A stretch of DNA of 64,000 bases from positions 192,001-256,000 of the forward strand of contig CAWJQU010000004.1 of NCBI GenBank assembly GCA_963845145.1. Reading direction: 5' to 3'. This DNA is from an uncultured delta proteobacterium. GTDB lineage: Bacteria > Desulfobacterota > Desulfobacteria > Desulfobacterales > QNYZ01. Positions 49,856 to 59,308 of this stretch are shown one piece after another; position 1 is the stretch's first letter; each line of letters starts with the position of its first letter. The position numbers and the translations under genes were made by a program. Under the pieces are notes generated by a model. That model did no database searches, was not told where the DNA came from, and worked only from the letters and a program-made list of their open reading frames with translations.

Positions 49856-49997
49856 GAGCCACTTTCAAAACGTCCCAGTTCGCCCAATCTCCGCGTCTGA
49901 CTCAAATTTTAATCCTCGAAATACCCAATGTATTCCTCTGGTTAAAATTTTCGCCATCCTTGACCTTGAACAAACTGAAACGTTTTGAAAATGGCTC
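49856..49997. repeat. MITE-like palindromic repeat, copy A
   Basis: GAGCCACTTTCAAAACGT / ACGTTTTGAAAATGGCTC; paralog at 51413. Confidence 0.8.
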
Positions 49998-50009
49998 TTT
50001 TTTATAAAA

Positions 50010-50213
50010 TTATTTAAACGCTTCACCGGGTTTTAAGCCGATGCCCTTGAGGATTTTGGCCATCGGGCAAAATCCTGAAAACGAAGCCTGAAACATGTTG
50101 GCCCCGACAAAGGCGGTAAACCAAAGCCAGTTAAGGTTGTGAAAAACAGCCAGAATAACGCTGGTTATTATAAAAGCACCGGCGACAGCAAAAACAAGGC
50201 GATCAATATTCAT
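50010..50213 (-). CDS. DUF2892 (YgaP-like) membrane protein
   Basis: [22 protein letters not shown]. Confidence 0.85.
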   Translation of the reverse strand: MNIDRLVFAVAGAFIITSVILAVFHNLNWLWFTAFVGANMFQASFSGFCPMAKILKGIGLKPGEAFK

Positions 50214-50356
50214 CTTTTTTCCTTTCTTCATTCATGCTAAAACAATATGCACGGATCGTAAAGGAGTTCAATGCGATTGTAATATGAAGAGCCGGCTTTT
50301 GTTTTTTGGTTACATTTTTTCAGGAATATGATTGGACCAAGCGGGTCAAGGTTTGA

Positions 50357-51373
50357 TTAAATCCGTCCCTCCTCGACGCCATGGCAGGCGGCAAAACCGT
50401 TGGTATCTAATGCTTTCAATAGTGGCATTTCATTGCGGCATCTATCTTCGACATATCGGCATCTCCCATGAAATACGCAGCCGCTGGGTAGATGAATGGG
50501 TGTCGGCACATCGCCCTGCAGGCGAATGTGTTTTTTACCCTTTTCTCCCAGTTTGGGAATCGCGGACAATAGGGCCTGGGTGTAAGGGTGACGGGGTGTG
50601 GCGAATAAATCGGCAGTGGGCGCCAATTCGCATATGGTGCCAAGGTACATAACGGCGACCCGGGTACTGATGTGGGCCACCACGGATAGGTCGTGGGTTA
50701 TAAAGAGATAGGTCAGGCCGCGCTTTTCCTGGGCGTCCATGAGCAGGTTGAGGATTTGGGCCTGAATGGACACATCCAAGGCTGATACCGGTTCGTCGGC
50801 AACGATAAATTCCGGGTCGACCATCAAGGCGCGGGCGATACTGATTCGCTGACGCTGACCACCGGAAAACTCATGAGGATAGCGCTCCGCCCATTTGGGG
50901 TCAACACCGACCAGCTCCATCACTTCGGCAACTTTATCGGCGACTTCAGCCGAACGAATGGACTTGTTGTGAAATATGACCGGTTCTTCCAGAATCCGCG
51001 CGACATTCATGCGGGGGTTTAATGAGGCATAAGGGTCTTGGAAGATCATTTGCATTTTAGCCCGGTAGGGCAGCATTTGTTGGGCAGAAAGATGATCGAT
51101 GCGATCTCCGCGATAGATGATTTTGCCGCTTTCGGGAGGGTATAAGCGTAGAATGGTTCGGGCTAGTGTTGATTTCCCGCAACCGCTTTCACCTACTACG
51201 CTTAACGTTTCGCCGGGCTTGATGAAAAAACTAACGTTATTCACCGCCTGGACAACGGTACGCGTCCGTTTGATCCGTCCCTTTTCAAGGGAAAGCTGAT
51301 CCAGCAGGCCACCGGAAATATCAAAATGTTTCACCAGGTTTTCGATGGTTAACAGGTGATTGGTTGTGTCCAT
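50357..51373 (-). CDS. Oligo/dipeptide ABC transporter ATP-binding protein (OppF/DppF-like)
   Basis: GESGCGKST, YPHEFSGGQRQR, HPYTQAL, GCVFHGRC. Confidence 0.93.
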   Translation of the reverse strand: MDTTNHLLTIENLVKHFDISGGLLDQLSLEKGRIKRTRTVVQAVNNVSFFIKPGETLSVVGESGCGKSTLARTILRLYPPESGKIIYRGDRIDHLSAQQMLPYRAKMQMIFQDPYASLNPRMNVARILEEPVIFHNKSIRSAEVADKVAEVMELVGVDPKWAERYPHEFSGGQRQRISIARALMVDPEFIVADEPVSALDVSIQAQILNLLMDAQEKRGLTYLFITHDLSVVAHISTRVAVMYLGTICELAPTADLFATPRHPYTQALLSAIPKLGEKGKKHIRLQGDVPTPIHLPSGCVFHGRCRYVEDRCRNEMPLLKALDTNGFAACHGVEEGRI

Positions 51374-51412
51374 AATCCCATCATTTGCATAGTCAGATTA
51401 AAAAATGTCATC

Positions 51413-51563
51413 AAGCCTGTTTCAAAACGTCCCATTTTGTCCAATCTCTGCGTCAGGCTCAAATTTTAATCCTCGAAATACCCAATGTATTCCTGCGGTT
51501 AATCCGCCTGAGGCGGATCGCCTTCCTTGACCTTGACAAACTGAAACGTTTTGAAATTGGCTC
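51413..51563. repeat. MITE-like palindromic repeat, copy B, with an extra hairpin
   Basis: Highly similar to 49856-49997; ATCCGCCTGAGGCGGAT present at 51502-51518. Confidence 0.8.
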
Positions 51564-51605
51564 TCAATTAAATGTTTCCGATATCCGGCGTGAAAAGGTC
51601 GTGCA

Positions 51606-52583
51606 TTACGGATCCATCGCTTTCAGCATATGGCAGGCAGCATAATGGGCTTTTCCATCCAAAACCCTTAGATCCGGCCGCTTTTCCAGGCACAGCGGGT
51701 CGCACAAGGGGCAGCGAGGGTTAAACGCGCAACCGGAGGGTATGTCGGTCAGGGTCGGCATCATACCTGGGATCTGGGCCAAGCGGGAACCGGCTTGTGC
51801 CCCGCCGGGTATGGACTTGATCAGGCCCTGGGTATAGGGATGCAATGGATTATGGACGATCTGGTCCGTGGCGCCGGTTTCTATGATTCGGCCGGCATAC
51901 ATTACCGCGATTTTATCCGTGACTTGCGATACAACGGCCAAATCATGGGTAATGAGAATGAGGCCCATATCTTCGTCTTCACATAACTCCTGAAGCAGAT
52001 CCATAATGCCGGCCTGAATGGTAACATCCAGGGCGGTGGTCGGCTCGTCAGCGATAATCAGGGACGGATCGGTTAACATGGCAATGGCGACGACAATGCG
52101 CTGACGCATGCCGCCTGAACATTCGTGGGGGTATTGCAATAAACGTTTCGCAGGAGAAGGAATATAAACTTTTTTTAGTTTTTCCAGGGCGATATCCATG
52201 GCATCCGCTCTGGAAACCTTCATATGGGCCAAAACGGTTTCCGTCATCTGAGTGCCGATGGTCAAGACCGGATTGAGCGTCATCATGGGATCCTGGAAAA
52301 TCATGCTGATGCGGTACCCACGCAGCTTTCGCATCTCGCCAATAGCCAATTGGCTCAAATCGCGACCTTCAAAAAGGATGCTGCCCCCGGAAATATAACC
52401 CGGCTTGCTGATCAGGTTGATGATGGAAAATCCGGCGACCGATTTTCCTGCCCCGCTTTCGCCCACTATCCCCAATTTTTCTTTCTTGTCCAGGGTAAAA
52501 CTAACATCGTCGATGGCGGTTAAATCGCCAAATCGCAATGCAAATTTTACTTCCAGGTTTTTAACCTCTAACAGATGCCCCAT
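51606..52583 (-). CDS. Oligo/dipeptide ABC transporter ATP-binding protein (OppD/DppD-like)
   Basis: GESGAGKS, SGGMRQR, ADEPTTALDVTIQ. Confidence 0.93.
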   Translation of the reverse strand: MGHLLEVKNLEVKFALRFGDLTAIDDVSFTLDKKEKLGIVGESGAGKSVAGFSIINLISKPGYISGGSILFEGRDLSQLAIGEMRKLRGYRISMIFQDPMMTLNPVLTIGTQMTETVLAHMKVSRADAMDIALEKLKKVYIPSPAKRLLQYPHECSGGMRQRIVVAIAMLTDPSLIIADEPTTALDVTIQAGIMDLLQELCEDEDMGLILITHDLAVVSQVTDKIAVMYAGRIIETGATDQIVHNPLHPYTQGLIKSIPGGAQAGSRLAQIPGMMPTLTDIPSGCAFNPRCPLCDPLCLEKRPDLRVLDGKAHYAACHMLKAMDP

Positions 52584-52585
52584 AT

Positions 52586-53503
52586 CTATCCTTTATACAA
52601 CTTAGGGTTGAGCACATCTCGCAACCAATCCCCGAAAAGAATGATCACCAAAGTGAAGACAACGAGCAGGATGCCGGGGAAAAAGGTAATCCACCAGGAG
52701 CCGCTGAAAACATATTCAAACCCGGCATTGATCAAAGATCCCAAAGATGGTTTGGTGATGGGCATGCCCAGCCCTAGAAATGAGAGGGCGGCCTCACTCA
52801 TGACCGCCTGGGCCACCTGGATGGTGGAAATAACCAGAACCGGCGTGAGGGTGTTGGGTAAAATATGCCTGAACATGATGAGGCGTCGATTGAGGCCGAT
52901 CACCCGGGCCGCCTCGACGTACTCCTTATTTTTCTCGCCCAGTACCGAGGCCCGTACAGTTCGTGCATACTTGGGCCATTCGGACATGCCGATGATAACG
53001 ATGAGAAGGGGCATGGCCAGCTCTTCAAAACGCCCCACGCCAAATGCCAGCTGAAAGATGGCGCTGGTGATGATGGCCATGATGAGATAGGGAATGGAAA
53101 ACTGGATATCGGCGATTCGCATGAAAAAGGCGTCGATTCGACCGCCAAGATATCCGGAAGTCAATCCGACGGATATACCCAGCAGGGCCTGGAAAATAAC
53201 CGCACCCAGCCCGATAATCACCGATGTTCGCAACCCGTAAAGCATGGTGGAATATAGATCGCGGCCTTGAATATCGGTACCCAGCCAGAATCTTTCGTCA
53301 CCGCCTTCCATCCAGGACGGTGCAATTTCGGCATCCATTATATCCATCTGGGCGGTATCATAGGGGTTGTACGGCGCAATGACCGGTGCCATAAATGCCA
53401 CCGTCACCAAAAACAGAAAGATGGAAAAACTCAGCACCGCCACAGGGTCCCGCTTGAAGCTATACAGAACGTAAGAATCTTTAAATCGCTTCCATCTATT
53501 CAT
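52586..53503 (-). CDS. Peptide ABC transporter permease (DppC-like)
   Basis: LGTDIQGRD, EYVEAARVIG, RHILPN, SEAALSFLG. Confidence 0.93.
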   Translation of the reverse strand: MNRWKRFKDSYVLYSFKRDPVAVLSFSIFLFLVTVAFMAPVIAPYNPYDTAQMDIMDAEIAPSWMEGGDERFWLGTDIQGRDLYSTMLYGLRTSVIIGLGAVIFQALLGISVGLTSGYLGGRIDAFFMRIADIQFSIPYLIMAIITSAIFQLAFGVGRFEELAMPLLIVIIGMSEWPKYARTVRASVLGEKNKEYVEAARVIGLNRRLIMFRHILPNTLTPVLVISTIQVAQAVMSEAALSFLGLGMPITKPSLGSLINAGFEYVFSGSWWITFFPGILLVVFTLVIILFGDWLRDVLNPKLYKG

Positions 53504-54474
53504 TTTGTACCCGCTATCCGCACCATCGGATTAATAAAACCATAAACAATATCAACAAGGGTATTGATCACCACAAACATGCCCCCGACAACCATTAAAT
53601 AGGCCACCAAAAGGGCCGTGTCCGAGCGGTCAACGGCTTCTAAAAACATAAACCCCATGCCCTGCCATTGAAAGACAGTTTCCGTCAGCAGGGTAAAAGC
53701 AAAAAGGATTCCGATTTCAACCCCGAAAACCGTAACCACCGGTAGCAGCGTATTTTTAAATGCGTGTACCAGCCATACCCGCTTTTTCGACAACCCTTTG
53801 GCCCATGCGAATTTAATATATTCTGTCTCCAGCACTTCCATCATTTCCGATCGAATCAGGCGTATATAGAGGGGTAACATAATCGACGACAATGACACGC
53901 TGGGAAGAATCAGGTGCTTAAGACCATCCCACGTCAATAAACCCGTTTCCCAGCCCCATACATTGACTGTTTCACCGCGCCCATACGCAGGCAGCCACCT
54001 CAATTCCACCCCAAAGACATAGATAAGGGCAATAGCGGTCAGGAATACCGGCACCGCCACCCCGATGGTGCTAAACCCCATAACGAGCCGGGAAAACAGG
54101 CTTCTTGGGTAAAGGGCGGAGTAAATGCCAATGGGAAAGGTCAACAAAATGATGATGAGAGAGGAGGCCAGCACGAGTTCCAGGGTGGCCGGCGCTTTGG
54201 ATAGGATGACATCAAGGGTGGGTTTGCTGTGAAAATAAGAAGTTCCCAAATCTCCTTTGGCCGCATTACCCACGAATCGGAAATATTGGGTGAAAAAGGG
54301 ATCGTTGAGACCTAACTGGTCACGGATGGCCTCCCGTTCCGCTGCCGATACCCGTATACCGACCATATCGCGAACCGGATCGCCGATATTGTGTTGCACG
54401 GAAAAGCCTATGAAGCTGATAACCAGCATCACCACAATCGATTGGATCACGCGCCTGATAATAAATGCAAACAT
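53500..54474 (-). CDS. Peptide ABC transporter permease (DppB-like)
   Basis: LGLNDP, GDLGTS, PATLEL, AWAKGL, TETVFQWQG. Confidence 0.93.
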   Translation of the reverse strand: MFAFIIRRVIQSIVVMLVISFIGFSVQHNIGDPVRDMVGIRVSAAEREAIRDQLGLNDPFFTQYFRFVGNAAKGDLGTSYFHSKPTLDVILSKAPATLELVLASSLIIILLTFPIGIYSALYPRSLFSRLVMGFSTIGVAVPVFLTAIALIYVFGVELRWLPAYGRGETVNVWGWETGLLTWDGLKHLILPSVSLSSIMLPLYIRLIRSEMMEVLETEYIKFAWAKGLSKKRVWLVHAFKNTLLPVVTVFGVEIGILFAFTLLTETVFQWQGMGFMFLEAVDRSDTALLVAYLMVVGGMFVVINTLVDIVYGFINPMVRIAGTK

Positions 54475-54520
54475 GGTTATTTTTCACTCATATTTTCACC
54501 AAAACCGTTCGTGCAGGGTT

Positions 54521-54571
54521 TATAAAAATGGGGCAGATACCCGTTTATTTACGGTTTGCTCTGCCCCATTT
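54521..54571 (-). terminator. Stem-loop with T-run between the binding-protein and permease genes
   Basis: AAATGGGGCAGA / TCTGCCCCATTT. Confidence 0.65.
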
Positions 54572-54620
54572 CCCCTTTTTCATGAAGGTATAACGATCTT
54601 AGTGGACGTTTTTGCCGGGA

Positions 54621-56170
54621 TTATTCGATCACCAAGTCTCCTAAATAAGGGAAATTCAAGGTGTTGACAATCGGTTGGGCTTTAACGCCCTTTTTTACAC
54701 CATAGGAATGGTTCTGCCAATGGAACGGTACATAGGCTGCTTCATCATAGATGATCTGTTCAATTTCCTGCAGCATTTTGGCCCGTTTTTCCAGATCGGT
54801 TTCACTCTGGCAGGCGATGGTCAGTTCGTCGACCTTCGGGTTGCAGTAGTTACCACTGTTATACTGCCCGTACCCGGTTTCCTTATTGGGGCACATGATC
54901 AGAAACTCGTAGAAATTACCTGAATCTTCCGTATCGGAGTGCCAGCCGATCATCTGGAAATCAGCCGGTTGCCGGTCGAATTCATCCCAGTACTGGGCCT
55001 TGGGCATGGTTTTAAGATTAATCTTGATCCCTATCTTGGATACCATGGCCACGAACGCTTCGGCGATTTTTTCGTCGTTGACATAGCGGTTGTTGGGCGC
55101 AATCATGGTTGCTTCAAAACCATCGGCAAATCCGGCCTCTTTCATCAGGCTTTTGGCTTTTTCCAGGTCATAGCGCGGTTTCAGGCTTTCCTTGTAGCCA
55201 TAGTAACCCTTGGGGCTCATCTGCCCGGCCGGTGTGGCGGTACCCTTCATGATTTTATCGCTAATACCGACATTGTTGACGGCGTAAACGATGGCCTGAC
55301 GAACACGCGCATCTTTAAGCGCTTCCAGGCGTTTCGAATTCATCTGGACGGTAATAATTCGGCCGCCGGTAAAGGTAATCAGCTCCACGTTTGGATCTTT
55401 TTCGACACGGTCAAAATCCTGGGGGGAACAGGCATAATAAAGTCCACATCCCCGGAGAGAAGGGCGGCCATGCGGGTGGCTTCCTCTTTGATGGGGGTGA
55501 GATTAACTTCAGACACATTGCCCGGGGAGCCTTTGTCCCAATAATCGGCAAATCGGGTCAAGACCATTTTGACGCCGTGCTCGCGGAATGTACATTGGAA
55601 CGCACCGGTACCACTGGGTAATGCTGTTTTGGCATAAGTATATCCAACTTTCAGCAATGCATCTTTGGGTTTGCCCTGATCATCGGTGCCGCTATAAAAA
55701 GCGCTATCCAGGGGAAACACATAGGTCATCATATTGAGCAACAGGGGGTACGGTTTTTTGGTTTTGATGTCGATGGTGTGATCGTCTACAACCACTGATT
55801 CCGCGAAAGGTTCGAACAGACCTTTAAAGTCAGGGCTGGCATTAAAACGATCAAGTGTAAATTTGACATCTTTGGCCGTGAACGGATTTCCGGAATGAAA
55901 TTTTACGCCTTTGCGCAGAAAAAACCGAACAGTCATATCGTCGACGCGTTCCCATTTTTCCGCCAGACGCGGTTCAAAACTCATGTCCTGACGATAACGT
56001 ACCAGTGGATCAAATACCCAATGGGAAAATTGCAGCATGCCCCCGGATAATTGTTCCTGAATATCTAATGTTTTGGGGTCTGCATCCAGGGCGAATTTTA
56101 ATGTTTTGGCGTTAACGCCAAATGGTAATAACAGTACGATCGCAAGGGCCACAATCACAAATTTTTTCAT
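54621..56170 (-). pseudogene. Peptide ABC transporter substrate-binding protein (family 5), split by a 1-nt frameshift
   Basis: Two overlapping ORFs; one extra base in the G6 run at 55421-55426 restores VPPQDFDRVEKDPNVEL. Confidence 0.85.
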
Positions 56171-56659
56171 TTTTTAATACCTCCTCTTGTGGGTTTAAAA
56201 AGGATCCGCATGGAATCCCTACCGACTCATTACAGGTCTGACAAAAATAGTAACCCGGGCCTTATTTTGATCAGGTTGAATCGCAAATGGGTTCAATGCA
56301 ACGCTAATCAGTTTCGACCTCTTACAAATTTAATCTGGATAGTAGGTTTTGTCGTTTAAAGGGTCAATAGGAAAATCAATAGCGCAGCATATTTCAAGCT
56401 GAAATACGCGAAAAATAAATGGGTCCTATTTTGCTTACGTAAGTGTAAAATAGATAAAAGAGCCGTTTAGCGCTCTATCTCTAATACGATAGAATGCTAA
56501 GCCAACTCTAAACTAATGATTATGTCAATAATTATGTATAAAACATATGAAATCATAAAAATCAACCGCAAGAATTAACAAAATCTACAATAGGGGCGCT
56601 ATCCGTTCAAACAGCTTCTCAAACGTTTAGCCAATGAAAAAGAATCATCCAATGCGTTA

Positions 56660-57541
56660 CTATTTGTCATCCAATCCCGAAAGCTCGCGAATCGACCGTG
56701 CCACGGCAGAAACGTCTTCATCCCCGTGGCCTCGGCCGATCAAGCCGGATTCCACTTGCTCTGCAAAGGCCGAAACAGGAAGGGCGACCCCCAGGTCGCG
56801 AGCTGCTTCCAGGGCGATTTTCAAATCTTTGGCGTGCAGGCGCACGCGGAATCCCAGCGGATAATCATTATTTACCATATTACCGGCGCGATTGCTTAGA
56901 ACCCAGGAACCAGCGGCCCCTCCGGCAATAGCAGCCACCACTTTTTCCATATCTAACCCGGCTTTCATGCCCAGCGTCATGCCTTCCGCAACACCCAAGT
57001 AGGTGGCGGCGATGACGACCTGGTTAATCGCTTTCGTGATCTGACCGGCGCCGATGGGTCCGACGTGGGTGATGGTTTTACCCATGGTTTCAAGTACGGG
57101 GCGAACCCTTTCTATGTCTTCTGAGTTTCCGCCGACCATGATAGCCAACGTCCCTTGCTGAGCGCCTTCTGATCCGCCCGATACCGGGGCGTCGATCATC
57201 CGAATCCCTTTTTCGGCCAAAGCCACGGCCATTTCGCGGGTGGCCGATGGACTAATGGTCGACATGTCTACCACGATGCTTCCCTTTTTGGCGCCGTTGA
57301 TGACGCCATCGTCTCCCAATAGGATAGCACGTACATCCGGTGTATCGCTCACACAGATAATCACGACATCCGCATCAGCCGCGGCTGCGGCCGGCGATGT
57401 CGCACGGACGGCGCCTTTTTCGGCCACCTCTTTCTCCTTATCCCGGTTTCGATTGTGAACGATGACCTCATATCCACCTTTGAGAATATTCATTGCCATG
57501 GGCTCGCCCATGGTGCCCATTCCAATAAAAGCGATTTTCAT
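56660..57541 (-). CDS. Beta-hydroxyacid dehydrogenase (tartronate semialdehyde reductase/HIBADH family)
   Basis: FIGMGTMGEPMA, DMSTISP, DAPVSGG, KAINQ, KDL. Confidence 0.9.
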   Translation of the reverse strand: MKIAFIGMGTMGEPMAMNILKGGYEVIVHNRNRDKEKEVAEKGAVRATSPAAAAADADVVIICVSDTPDVRAILLGDDGVINGAKKGSIVVDMSTISPSATREMAVALAEKGIRMIDAPVSGGSEGAQQGTLAIMVGGNSEDIERVRPVLETMGKTITHVGPIGAGQITKAINQVVIAATYLGVAEGMTLGMKAGLDMEKVVAAIAGGAAGSWVLSNRAGNMVNNDYPLGFRVRLHAKDLKIALEAARDLGVALPVSAFAEQVESGLIGRGHGDEDVSAVARSIRELSGLDDK

Positions 57542-57582
57542 GTGAACGCTCCTTCTTGATCTGTTTTAAGGGGAACTATTTT

Positions 57583-58014
57583 TTAAACGCGCCGACACTT
57601 TTGATGGTTGAGATCGGCTTGAATTAACATTTTCAACAACTCTTCGATATCAGCCTCGCGGAGACGTTTGCGCCATCGGGTCATGCTGGATGGGTTGATG
57701 GGGGGGAAGTGTTCAAACCATTTCATGCCGCTGAAGTATTGCCAGTATGGGTTTTCAACCCAGTTATCGACGACCCGCTGATCGCTCAATTGATGTGTAT
57801 ATTTTAAATAATGTAGGGCCACCATCAAGCGGGTGCTGATTCCCGGGCGACCGCGATTCCTGCTATAGGTTGAACTGAATATTTTTTCCAGTCGTTTCCA
57901 ATTGGTTTTGCGAGCCAGTTTTGAGAGGGGATGGGCGTGTGAGATAATTTTGGACAACTCGACCCGAAACAGGTCCATCTGTGGGTTTTCGATGTGGGGT
58001 TTTTTCGGCTTCAT
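57583..58014 (-). CDS. IS5-family transposase N-terminal domain only (no DDE domain)
   Basis: QMDLFR, HPL, GRP..TRLMVALHYLK, LSD, WVENPYWQYFSG, SSMTRWRKRL. Confidence 0.8.
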   Translation of the reverse strand: MKPKKPHIENPQMDLFRVELSKIISHAHPLSKLARKTNWKRLEKIFSSTYSRNRGRPGISTRLMVALHYLKYTHQLSDQRVVDNWVENPYWQYFSGMKWFEHFPPINPSSMTRWRKRLREADIEELLKMLIQADLNHQKCRRV

Positions 58015-58062
58015 GCCAAATCATCACCCCCCTGTGATGGATGAAGTCGCATTCGATACATG

Positions 58063-58548
58063 TTAAAATGTCGTCCCGATGCCTATCCCGAACCGAAAGC
58101 GCGGCATCCATCCTTCGTCCGGTTGCCACAGTTTAATTTCATGCGCCTCAAGCTTGGGATACGCGTAGGTCATCTCGCCGATGCGGCGGTTTTCGATGAC
58201 CACCAATTTGCCCACCACGGTCACCGAATTCCCTTTGGTATAGATGGCGGGGTCTAAAAACCGATCGACCCCAACGAGAAACCGGCCCTGGGACTGATCG
58301 TTATCCAGGGGGCGATTCAGCCTGTTTAAGGGAAGTTGCAAGATGGTCAGTTCCGTGCCGCGGCCATCATTTTGAGTGGTGATGATTTTACCGCCGAACA
58401 GAACTGTTTCTCCAATCAAATCCTTGGATTGTTTCTGAAATGTTGAAAAAGAGTCCTGAAACGTCACCTGGGACCGGCCCTGTTTTGAAATGCCGGCGGC
58501 GCAACCGATAAAAATGAGAGCGGTTATCACCAGAGCAAACGGTTTCAT
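58063..58548 (-). CDS. Slp family outer-membrane lipoprotein
   Basis: FIGC lipobox, FGGKI, SQGRFL, FLDPAIYTKG, YAYP. Confidence 0.88.
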   Translation of the reverse strand: MKPFALVITALIFIGCAAGISKQGRSQVTFQDSFSTFQKQSKDLIGETVLFGGKIITTQNDGRGTELTILQLPLNRLNRPLDNDQSQGRFLVGVDRFLDPAIYTKGNSVTVVGKLVVIENRRIGEMTYAYPKLEAHEIKLWQPDEGWMPRFRFGIGIGTTF

Positions 58549-58577
58549 CTTAGAATAATCCTTAAATTAGGATTGAC

Positions 58578-59183
58578 TTACCAGCGATGTCGATGATGGC
58601 GTAAATGATAATGCCGGTGTCGCAATCCATAGAAATAGAACGGGTCGTGCCTTCCATACCAGGGGTCATTCCAATACCAGAAGGGATCGTTGTATGGATG
58701 CCGATAGCGCGGCGTTCGGTAGCGCGGCCATAAATGCAACTCTTCGGCTTCTATTTTCAATTGGGGTATGGGGGACGTAGCCAGTTTAGCCCCGGGTTTA
58801 TCCTCTGTTTTATCGGCTGATTTATCCGTTGAGCTGGATACGATCTTTCCGGCCACGGTAATTTTTCGTCCCTTGGTATACACCTCCGGATCGAGGAATT
58901 TTGAGGTGTGGATGACCAGTCGTCCTTGGGAATGGTCCTTGGAACCGGGCCTATCGCCTGTTTTTAATGGTACCTGAAGGGCGTTTAGCACGGAGCCGTC
59001 AGGCTGGTTCTGAACGTCGAGCACATATCCGCCCAAAATGACGAGTTGGTTTCGATACCGTTCGATATCATTAACCAATTCGTGAAAAGTAGGCGCAGAG
59101 ACGGCGTTTTCGCGCACATTTTTCGATACGACCGAACACGAAACCGATATCAAGGCCAACATGATAATTACGACCGGTTTCAT
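58578..59183 (-). CDS. Slp family lipoprotein with a Trp/Tyr/His/Arg-rich tail
   Basis: SVSC lipobox, LGGYV, SQGRL, FLDPEVYTKGRKITVAG. Confidence 0.85.
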   Translation of the reverse strand: MKPVVIIMLALISVSCSVVSKNVRENAVSAPTFHELVNDIERYRNQLVILGGYVLDVQNQPDGSVLNALQVPLKTGDRPGSKDHSQGRLVIHTSKFLDPEVYTKGRKITVAGKIVSSSTDKSADKTEDKPGAKLATSPIPQLKIEAEELHLWPRYRTPRYRHPYNDPFWYWNDPWYGRHDPFYFYGLRHRHYHLRHHRHRW

Positions 59184-59308
59184 AAAGGCTCCGCCATGAT
59201 GAGAATTACGATGAAGTCCTGATAATGAACGAATAATAACGTAGTGCTATGACATAATATGGCACTGACTATTGAAAGCGTCAAGTGACGATGACGATGT
59301 TAGTCGAC

